Positions 42,313-49,415 of a DNA stretch of 49,415 bases are shown one piece after another. A model generated the notes under the pieces. It was not told the DNA's origin. It saw only the letters and a program-made list of their open reading frames with translations, and did no database searches. The first letter of the stretch is position 1; each line of letters opens with the position of its first letter. The stretch comes from a virus (taxonomy: Duplodnaviria; Caudoviricetes), in IMG/VR virus record IMGVR_UViG_3300050330_000108, positions 1 to 49,415 of that record. One strand, given 5' to 3'. The translations under genes and the position numbers were made by a program.

Positions 42313-44825
42313 GCGACGCCTACCTGGACTTCCTGCGCGACAAGATCAACCTCGCGCGCTTCAGCGGCTTCGACGTGCCGCTGGAGGAGATCAACCCGGT
42401 CCTGAAGCCTCACACCCGCGACATCGTGCGCTGGATGGTCAAGGGCGGCAACCGAGCGGTGTTCGCCAGCTTCGGCCTGCACAAGACCGCCACGCAACTG
42501 GAGGCGCTGCGCCTGATCGGCGTGCACCGCCCGGGCCTGCGCCTGCAGGTCCTGCCGCTGGGCGTGCGTCAGGAGTTCTTCCGCGAGGTGCGCGAGCGCT
42601 TCACCGGCGACTGCGCGGTCGACCTGCGCTTCATCCGCTCCGACACCGAGATCGGAGATGAGCGGACCATCTACCTCACGAATTACGAGAGCGTGCGCGA
42701 GGGGAAGGTCACGCCCGGGCTGTTCCGCGCCACCAGCCTCGACGAGGCGAGCATCCTGCGCAGCTACGGCAGCAAGACCTACCAGGAGTTCCTGCCCGCG
42801 TTCGCGCCGGTGGAGTTCAAGTTCGTGGCCACGGCCACGCCAGACCCGAACCGGTACAAGGAGCTGATCCACTACGCCGGATACCTGGGCGTGATGGACA
42901 CGGGCCAGGCGCTGACGCGGTTCTTCCAGCGCGACAGCGAGAAGGCCGGCAACCTGACGCTGTATCCGCACAAGGAACAAGAATTTTGGCTCTGGGTCGC
43001 GAGCTGGGCGGTGTTCATCACGAAGCCGAGCGACCTGGGTCACAGCGACGACGGCTACACCCTGCCGGATCTGGACGTGCGCTGGCACGAGATCCCGAGC
43101 GACTACGCCACGGCCGGCGAGGAGAAGAACGGGCAGGGCCTGCTGGTGCCGGATCTGGCCATGGGCCTGTCGGCCGCCGCGCGCGAGAAGCGCGATAGCC
43201 TGCCGGCACGCGTCGCCAAAGTCCAGGAACTGGTGAGCGAGGCGCCGCAGGACCATTTCATCGTCTGGCACGACCTGGAGGATGAGCGCCACGCGCTGCA
43301 GGAAGCCATCCCCGAGGCGGTCAGCGTGTGGGGCTCGCAGGACCTGGAGGAGCGCGAGGAGCGGATCATCGCTTTCAGCGATGGCGAGCACCGGATCCTG
43401 AGCACGAAGCCGGTCATCGCCGGCAGCGGCTGCAACTTCCAGCGGCACTGCCACCGGGAGGCGTTCGCCGGCATCGGGTTCAAGTTCAACGACTTCATCC
43501 AGGCGGTGCACCGCACCCACCGCTTCGGGCAGGCGTATGCGGTGCGGCTGGACATCATCTACACCGAGTCCGAGCGCGCGATCCGCGACGAACTTCTGGC
43601 GAAGTGGGGCCGCCACGACGCGCAGCAGCAGCGGATGGCAGAACTGGTGCGCACCTACGGGCTGGACCAGCTGGCCATGCAGGACACGCTGGCCAGGACG
43701 ATCGGCGTCGAGCGTCAGGTCGTCAAGGGCGAGCGCTTTGAGGTGGCGAACAACGATGCGGTTATGGAAGCGCGCGAGCAGGCCGACAACTCGGTGGACC
43801 TGATCGTCACCTCCATCCCGTTCGCGAACCACTACGAATACACGCCCTCGTACAACGACTTCGGCCATACCGAGGGCAATGACCACTTCTGGCGGCAGAT
43901 GGACTTCCTGACGCCCGAGCTGTACCGGATCCTGAAGCCTGGGCGCATCGCGGCGATCCACGTGAAAGACCGCGTCCTCTTCGGCAACGTCACCGGCCTG
44001 GGCCGCCCGAGCATGGACTACTTCCACGAGGAGGCCGCCACGCACCTGCGCAAGCACGGCTTCCACAAGCTGGGGATGGTCACGATCACGACCGACGTGG
44101 TGCGGGAGAACAACCAGACCTACCGCCTCAGCTACACGGAGATGTGCAAGGACGGCACGAAGATGGGCGTCGGGTGCTCCGAGTACCTGCTGGTGTTCTT
44201 CAAGCCGCAGACCGACCTCTCCCGCGGCTACGCGGACGATCCGGTGGCCAGGGCGAAGGCCGACTACAGCCTCGCGCGCTGGCAGATCGACGCGCACGCC
44301 TACTGGCGCTCCAGCGGCAACCGGCTGCTGACGGCCGACGAGATGGCCGCGATGGGCCCAGCAAAGCTGGCCAAGTTCTTCACCGACGACAGCCTGCGCC
44401 ACGTGTACGACTACGAGCGGCACGTCGCAATCGGCGAGCAGCTGGCCGACCGCAACGCCCTGCCGAAGCAGTTCGCCTGCCTGCAGCCGGGGAGCCCGGA
44501 TCCGTGGGTGTGGACGGACGTCAACCGCATGCGCACTCTCAACGGGGAGCAGTCGAAGCGCAACGTGGAGCAGCACGTCTGCCCGCTGCAGTTCGACATC
44601 GTGGACCGAGCGATCGAGCGCTGGAGCATGCCCGGCGAGGTGGTCTACGACCCTTTCCACGGCCTCGGCACCGTGGGCGTGCGGGCGATCCGCGCCGGCC
44701 GCCGGGCCCGCGGCTCCGAGCTGTCCGCCGCCTACTTCAAGGACCAGGTGCACTACCTGCGCGCCGCCGAGCGCGAATTCACCATGCCGACGCTGTTCGA
44801 CGCGCTGGAAGAGGAGATTGCCTGA
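42309..44825 (+). CDS. SNF2-like helicase / N4-N6 DNA methyltransferase fusion
   Basis: GLHKT, LDEAS, ATATP, R.HRFGQ helicase motifs; TSIPF, HVCPLQ, YDPFHGLGT methyltransferase motifs. Confidence 0.88.
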   Translation: MSDAYLDFLRDKINLARFSGFDVPLEEINPVLKPHTRDIVRWMVKGGNRAVFASFGLHKTATQLEALRLIGVHRPGLRLQVLPLGVRQEFFREVRERFTGDCAVDLRFIRSDTEIGDERTIYLTNYESVREGKVTPGLFRATSLDEASILRSYGSKTYQEFLPAFAPVEFKFVATATPDPNRYKELIHYAGYLGVMDTGQALTRFFQRDSEKAGNLTLYPHKEQEFWLWVASWAVFITKPSDLGHSDDGYTLPDLDVRWHEIPSDYATAGEEKNGQGLLVPDLAMGLSAAAREKRDSLPARVAKVQELVSEAPQDHFIVWHDLEDERHALQEAIPEAVSVWGSQDLEEREERIIAFSDGEHRILSTKPVIAGSGCNFQRHCHREAFAGIGFKFNDFIQAVHRTHRFGQAYAVRLDIIYTESERAIRDELLAKWGRHDAQQQRMAELVRTYGLDQLAMQDTLARTIGVERQVVKGERFEVANNDAVMEAREQADNSVDLIVTSIPFANHYEYTPSYNDFGHTEGNDHFWRQMDFLTPELYRILKPGRIAAIHVKDRVLFGNVTGLGRPSMDYFHEEAATHLRKHGFHKLGMVTITTDVVRENNQTYRLSYTEMCKDGTKMGVGCSEYLLVFFKPQTDLSRGYADDPVARAKADYSLARWQIDAHAYWRSSGNRLLTADEMAAMGPAKLAKFFTDDSLRHVYDYERHVAIGEQLADRNALPKQFACLQPGSPDPWVWTDVNRMRTLNGEQSKRNVEQHVCPLQFDIVDRAIERWSMPGEVVYDPFHGLGTVGVRAIRAGRRARGSELSAAYFKDQVHYLRAAEREFTMPTLFDALEEEIA

Positions 44826-44850
44826 TGGATGCGTTCAAAGGAGGAGAGTG

Positions 44851-45162
44851 ATGCTCGACGCGAACGAACTGGAGCGCATGGCGCGCGAGCGGCCGGACAG
44901 GTGCCTCCTCAAGGGCACCGGCGTCCTCAAGCTGACCGGCGCCGTTCGGCTGCTTGAAGGCCGCCTGGGTGTGGCGGTCGGGCTTCTGCACGAGTGCCTG
45001 GGGCCGCTGGAAGTCTCCGCCGCCGTCATCGAATCGGAGGACGGCGGAGAGGCCATCGAGGCACTCATAGCGCAGGTGCGCAAGTTCTGCGCCGATGCCG
45101 CCGCGATCGGCGTGCCAGCGAGCCTCGTTGCTGGCGAGAAGGATGGCGGCAATGCTGCGTGA
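44851..45162 (+). CDS. Hypothetical protein
   Basis: AGGAGG RBS. Confidence 0.65.
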   Translation: MLDANELERMARERPDRCLLKGTGVLKLTGAVRLLEGRLGVAVGLLHECLGPLEVSAAVIESEDGGEAIEALIAQVRKFCADAAAIGVPASLVAGEKDGGNAA

Positions 45163-45343
45163 CCCCGACTACTTCGGCGCGAGCGATGCATGGCTGATGT
45201 TCGGCCTGTGGATGTGGGTGAGCGGACACCCGATCGTCGCAGCGTTCAGCGTGACGCTATGCGCGGTCATCTGCGTGCTGCCGGACCCCGAGCCGAAGGG
45301 CGACGGCTCCGGCGCTCGACAACCCGATGGAGAACAGCAATGA
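45152..45343 (+). CDS. Small membrane protein
   Basis: Two hydrophobic segments; overlapping start. Confidence 0.55.
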   Translation: MLRDPDYFGASDAWLMFGLWMWVSGHPIVAAFSVTLCAVICVLPDPEPKGDGSGARQPDGEQQ

Positions 45344-45900
45344 TCCACCTCACCTACCACCAGGCGCAAGCCGTGGCCGAGCGCGCGGCGCGCGTGCGCA
45401 AGCTGGCCCGCGAGAGCCGCGGCTACGGCCTCAAGGGCACTGAGCGCGTCGTCGTGACGCTGGGGAACCCCTACTACAGCGAGCCGCGGCCGGAGAACCA
45501 CGGCTACTACCTCTCCGTCGAGGGCCGATCCGGTGCGCCGGTGCCGCTGTTCGCCAAGGATCTCGGCTACGAGCGCAACTTCGAGGCGTCGCGGCTGCCG
45601 GCCCGCGACAGCGACGGCCACGTGCAGCACCCGGACATGGAGGGCATCGGCTGGGACGAGTTCGACATGGGGCCGCAGCTTCGCGCGCTCGGCTGGCACA
45701 GCACCACCGTCAGCTTCGAGAGCGACGCGAGCGACGAGGCGCAGGCGCGCTACGAAGAGGGCAACAGCCCGGACTGCTCCTACTGGACGCCCTCGCGGCC
45801 GGAGGGCGAAGGCTGGCTGCTAGCCGCGATCTACGACACGGAAGACGGCCCGGTGGCGCTGTATGTGCGCGCCGCCGATGGCGCGGGAGCCAAATCGTGA
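45340..45900 (+). CDS. Hypothetical phage protein
   Basis: RD.DG...HPD and W.PS.P.GEGW.L.AI.DTEDGP motifs. Confidence 0.7.
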   Translation: MIHLTYHQAQAVAERAARVRKLARESRGYGLKGTERVVVTLGNPYYSEPRPENHGYYLSVEGRSGAPVPLFAKDLGYERNFEASRLPARDSDGHVQHPDMEGIGWDEFDMGPQLRALGWHSTTVSFESDASDEAQARYEEGNSPDCSYWTPSRPEGEGWLLAAIYDTEDGPVALYVRAADGAGAKS

Positions 45901-46346
45901 TCGGTCGCCCCGACTTCGACCGCAACGGCGCCGAGGTGCCCGGCGACATGATCCCGTGCCTGTCGATTCGCCAGCCATACGCCTGGCTGATCGTGCAGGG
46001 CATCAAGCCGGTGGAGAACCGCACCTGGCGCACGAACTTCCGTGGCCGCGTGCTGATCCACGCGGGCGTCACCTACGCGAAGCGCGACTTCGCCGACGAC
46101 TTCGAGCGCTGGGAGGGCCAGGGTTACCCGCGCACACGCGAGGAAATGGTCGGCGGCATCGTCGGGGAGGCCGTCATCGTGGACTGCGTGAAGGAGCACC
46201 CGAGCCCGTTCTTCTTCGGGCCGCACGGATTCGTGCTGGCGCAGGCGAAGGCGTATCCGAAGCTGATCGCCTTCGGCGGCCGGCTCGGCTTCTTCGGCGT
46301 GCCGGCGGCACTCGTTGATGGCGTGGGAGAGGTGCCCCGTGGCTGA
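45897..46346 (+). CDS. ASCH-domain protein
   Basis: LSIRQPYAWLI..G.K.VENRTW.T..RG..LIHAG. Confidence 0.9.
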   Translation: MIGRPDFDRNGAEVPGDMIPCLSIRQPYAWLIVQGIKPVENRTWRTNFRGRVLIHAGVTYAKRDFADDFERWEGQGYPRTREEMVGGIVGEAVIVDCVKEHPSPFFFGPHGFVLAQAKAYPKLIAFGGRLGFFGVPAALVDGVGEVPRG

Positions 46347-46560
46347 ACTGCTGCGACATGACCGCGACTGGCGCGACTACCCGATAGGGACGAAGGCGCA
46401 CGCATACAACGGTGGCGCATGGCTGCGCACCGAACGCGGCTGGACGTGGAATGGTCACACCCGGAGCCCGGGAAGCACGTTCCCCACGCCCGGAGCCGAC
46501 GCATTCGGGAAGTGCATCGAACTGCCCACCGATGGCGTGACGGGCAAAGCGCATGGATGA
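46339..46560 (+). CDS. Hypothetical protein
   Basis: GAGG RBS, overlapping start; YPIGTKA...GG.W. Confidence 0.6.
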   Translation: MAELLRHDRDWRDYPIGTKAHAYNGGAWLRTERGWTWNGHTRSPGSTFPTPGADAFGKCIELPTDGVTGKAHG

Positions 46561-46741
46561 ACTCCGCGAAGCATTCGAGGCATGGGTTCGCCGCGCCCGC
46601 CCGAAGGCAGACCTCGCACTGAAGGGGGACGGCGACTACCGATCGCAAGCAGTGCGGAATCAATGGGAGGCGTTCCAAGCCGGCGCGGCACACGTCTCTG
46701 GCGTGCAGGGCACTTTCAACGATCAAGGAGAGAAGGCGTGA
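46553..46741 (+). CDS. Hypothetical protein
   Basis: REAFEAW...Y.......WEAFQA, a recurrent small phage protein pattern. Confidence 0.65.
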   Translation: MDELREAFEAWVRRARPKADLALKGDGDYRSQAVRNQWEAFQAGAAHVSGVQGTFNDQGEKA

Positions 46742-47232
46742 AACGTCGCATGGTGGAAGGCTCCGATGCCTTCCGAATCGAACTGCTCAAGCTGATGCCC
46801 GGCTACTCGTGGACTGTGCACAAGTCGCTGTTTGAGGATCGCATCGAAGCGACCGGGACCCAATCCAGCGGATCGAACCGACTCTCCACGTTGTCGGTGA
46901 TCCGCACCCAAGGATCCGATGGCGTCGTGAGATACGAGGCGCGGTCCGCCGGCTACGGCCTGCGAGCGCCGTGGCTGCACACGAACGCAGACGGCACGCT
47001 CGCGCGCGCGCTACGCGGGCTGCAGGACCACTATGAGCACCGCGCCGCGACCTATCGGTCGCACGCTGCCGCCCTGCAGCAGGGACGCGCCCTTGGCGTG
47101 GAGCCGTCCGAACCGCTGCGCCACAGCACCAAGGAAAACGGAGACTGCCCGCACTGGTGCAGGGCGTGCGCCGCCGAGCGCGAGCAGCGCATTGCCGGCG
47201 TGAAGGAACTTCCCGGAGGACAAGATGGCTGA
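46738..47232 (+). CDS. Hypothetical protein
   Basis: AAGGAG RBS; MPGY.WTVH, QSSG.NRLSTL, LARALR.LQ.HYE. Confidence 0.65.
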   Translation: MKRRMVEGSDAFRIELLKLMPGYSWTVHKSLFEDRIEATGTQSSGSNRLSTLSVIRTQGSDGVVRYEARSAGYGLRAPWLHTNADGTLARALRGLQDHYEHRAATYRSHAAALQQGRALGVEPSEPLRHSTKENGDCPHWCRACAAEREQRIAGVKELPGGQDG

Positions 47233-47692
47233 GACGAAACGGCCCTGCGCGGACTGCGACAACGTAGAACCGTGCGACATGCTGGAGCGGTGCATCAAGC
47301 ACGATCCCGCGCCCAAGACCTTCGACAACTACACGCGCCTGAGCACGCCGGCCGGCACGCACGTCGAGCCCTGCCCGGTGTGCGCCGCCGACCCGGAGAT
47401 CTGGCAGTACATCGCCAAGGAAGGCGACGTGGCGCAGAAGGTAGTCATGTGCAGCCACGACGACGAGATCGGGCCGCACGACGCGCTGGCCGGCGGCGGC
47501 TGCCCGCTCTACATGCCGCCGCAGAGCTTCTACCGGCCGACGATCCGAGAGGCCGTGAAGCACTGGAACGAATACGGCCAGGCGTTGAGCGCCCTGCGGA
47601 GGAAAAACGGCTGGCAGCGCGCCCAGGTGCTGCGCGACGATGCTGGCGTGCCGGTGTTGGATGGCCAGACGTTTTCGCGAAAGACGCCCTAA
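47225..47692 (+). CDS. Cys-rich protein (Lar-like zinc-binding)
   Basis: PCPVC, C, C and EAVKHWN pattern; GGAGG RBS. Confidence 0.6.
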   Translation: MAETKRPCADCDNVEPCDMLERCIKHDPAPKTFDNYTRLSTPAGTHVEPCPVCAADPEIWQYIAKEGDVAQKVVMCSHDDEIGPHDALAGGGCPLYMPPQSFYRPTIREAVKHWNEYGQALSALRRKNGWQRAQVLRDDAGVPVLDGQTFSRKTP

Positions 47693-47695
47693 TCC

Positions 47696-47908
47696 ATGGC
47701 CGCCCAGGGCAACCTCACCAAGGCCGAGCTGCGCAGCGTCAGCGGCGCCGCGCGTGATGCCGCGCAGGAGCGCTGGCTCAAGGCCGAGGGCATCCCCTTC
47801 AAGCGCAACGCGAAGGGCGAGCTGGTGGTGCTCTGGGTGCACGTGCAGGCCTGGGTGGAGGGCCGGGAGCGCCCCACCGGCCGCGGAATAAACTGGGCCG
47901 CCTGCTGA
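47696..47908 (+). CDS. Excisionase-like protein (DUF4224-like)
   Basis: LT..EL..VSG....AQ..WL...GIPF; directly upstream of integrase. Confidence 0.8.
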   Translation: MAAQGNLTKAELRSVSGAARDAAQERWLKAEGIPFKRNAKGELVVLWVHVQAWVEGRERPTGRGINWAAC

Positions 47909-47909
47909 C

Positions 47910-48995
47910 ATGCCAAAGGTCACGCCCTACCCTCGCTTTCGCACCCTGATCCGCAAGGGCGCAGCCGGCCGCGTGCACGTCTACTACGCCTACGACATGC
48001 GGCCGGAGGGCAAGCCTGACATCCAGCTCGGGAAGGACCGCGAAATCGCGCTGGCGAAGTGGGACGAGCTGCACAACGGACGGCCGCGCATCCGCGGTCT
48101 GATCCGCGAGGCGATCCAGGATTGGCTCGAGCAGGTGCTGCCCACCTACAGCAACGCCGGCACGCGCCGCAACTACGCGGCCAACCTGAAGCAGATCGAC
48201 GCGGTGTTCGGCCTGGCCGAGTGGGAGGACGTGACGCTGCTGGTGCTGAAGAAGTACCTCACGACGCGCACGAACAAGGCCGACAAGTCGAAGAAGGCCG
48301 GCACCACCGCCAACCGCGAGCTCGCCGCCTTCCAGATCGCCTGGAACTGGGCCCGGCAGACCGCGCCGGAGGGGCGCGACGTGCCCTACACGGAGCTGCC
48401 CTGGCCGGCGGCCGGCATGGAGCGCTCGAAGTGGAAAAACCCGGAGCAGGCCCGCGAGTTCGAGGTCACCGGCGAGCTCTTTGCCGCGGTGTACGAGCAG
48501 GCCTGCCAGTTCCTCAAGGACACGATGGACCTGTCTTCGGCCACCGGCATGCGCCTGACGGACTGCATCAAGGTGCCGCTGCCGCGCGGCGATCGGCTAC
48601 CGCTCAAGGCCAGCAAGACCGGGAAGAAGGCGGACTTCGACCTGTCGATGTCGGAGGTGCTGCCCGGGCTGATCGAGCGCCGGCGCGGCTACGACGCGAA
48701 CCACATCATGCTGATCTCTACGCCCGACGGCTTCCCCGTGTTCCACAAGGATCTGCGGCGTGAGTGGGACAAGGCGCGCGCGAAGGCCGCGGCGAAGGCC
48801 CGCCAGACCGGAACGAAGGAAGGCGAGGAATTCGCCCGGCGCATCGAGGCCATGTGGCTGCGCGACATGCGCAAGATGGCCGCTGACCTGGCGCCGACCA
48901 CCGAGGCCGCGAGCGAGTTGCTGCAGCACTCGTCTAAGGCGCTGACGCAGCGCCACTACCGCACGCGCGGCGACACGCTCAAGCCGGTGCGCTAA
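47910..48995 (+). CDS. int: Tyrosine integrase
   Basis: ANRELA, TGMR..D, SKTG, RDMR, LLQH, T.RHY catalytic layout. Confidence 0.9.
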   Translation: MPKVTPYPRFRTLIRKGAAGRVHVYYAYDMRPEGKPDIQLGKDREIALAKWDELHNGRPRIRGLIREAIQDWLEQVLPTYSNAGTRRNYAANLKQIDAVFGLAEWEDVTLLVLKKYLTTRTNKADKSKKAGTTANRELAAFQIAWNWARQTAPEGRDVPYTELPWPAAGMERSKWKNPEQAREFEVTGELFAAVYEQACQFLKDTMDLSSATGMRLTDCIKVPLPRGDRLPLKASKTGKKADFDLSMSEVLPGLIERRRGYDANHIMLISTPDGFPVFHKDLRREWDKARAKAAAKARQTGTKEGEEFARRIEAMWLRDMRKMAADLAPTTEAASELLQHSSKALTQRHYRTRGDTLKPVR

Positions 48996-49415
48996 ATGCT
49001 GGAGTTCAACGAGTACCTGTCGAAGGAGTGGCGTGGCCTCGTCGTCGGGCCCGACGCGCTGCAGCGCTTCGAGCGAACGACGGATCGCTCGATCCACCAC
49101 GGCGCCTACTTCCTCTTCGACGGCGATCGCCTCGTCTACGTCGGCCAGTCCTGCTACGTGAAGAACCGCATTCGGCAGCATCGTCAGGTGTGGCGCGCCT
49201 TCACGCACTGGAGCGCGATTCGGGTTCCTGCCGACCTGCTCACGCAGATCGAGACGGCGTACATCCACGCGTTGCGACCCGTGCAGAACACGACGATCCC
49301 TCCCGTGAGGGATGCGTTTCACGATCGCATAGTTGGAGCGATCCAGGTGGCCTGGGGAGTTTCCGCAAAAACTCCCGTTCCCAATGAAGGCAACGCCCGG
49401 TTTTCTCGCGTTTAA
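48996..49415 (+). CDS. GIY-YIG nuclease-domain protein
   Basis: GAYFLF, VYVGQS, RIRQH, E..YI....P..N. Confidence 0.8.
   Translation: MLEFNEYLSKEWRGLVVGPDALQRFERTTDRSIHHGAYFLFDGDRLVYVGQSCYVKNRIRQHRQVWRAFTHWSAIRVPADLLTQIETAYIHALRPVQNTTIPPVRDAFHDRIVGAIQVAWGVSAKTPVPNEGNARFSRV

Larger units (their letters stand above)
1..49415. mobile_element. Temperate lambdoid siphophage/prophage, near-complete gene set
   Basis: Ordered head, tail, lysis, immunity, replication, recombination and integration modules; no att sites identified within the window. Confidence 0.95.

Noticed and set aside
42207-44753. 848-aa minus-strand ORF
   Set aside because: Antisense shadow of the helicase-methyltransferase caused by GC codon bias

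Overview
The window is a near-complete, GC-rich, lambdoid-type temperate siphophage or prophage; the host is probably betaproteobacterial (inference). On the minus strand, read right to left, are cro, cII-like and replication genes (33275-29106), nin-like genes, a metallopeptidase, terS/terL, portal, MuF, a DUF2213-type protease/scaffold, decoration and major capsid proteins, neck and tail genes, tape measure, tail tip, tailspike and a holin/GH19 endolysin/spanin lysis cassette. On the plus strand are the cI repressor with small accessory genes, then the early operon (MazG-like, recombination genes, KTSC, beta-clamp-like, KGG, C5 methyltransferase, helicase-methyltransferase fusion, ASCH, an array of small genes), xis, integrase and a GIY-YIG gene. 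A hicB-hicA pair lies between cI and PL. The lambda-like switch is fully visible: twin TTGACC-N18-TATACT promoters, six 17-bp operators and a leaderless cI. The strongest unexplained signal is the 10-mer TCCCTAGCAT, present 7 times on the late-gene strand. It has no shared -35 element and lies 6-7 nt before the start codon in four cases. One copy is inside the protease gene, upstream of a nested scaffold start. No Q antiterminator was recognised, so this looks like a distributed, -10-only, largely leaderless late-promoter system with an unknown activator. A second signal is an in-frame GGCGTG near the 3' end of six small genes (five of them consecutive) beside xis/int, suggesting a cassette-like array. 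All product calls rest on visual motif recognition and synteny, without database searches.
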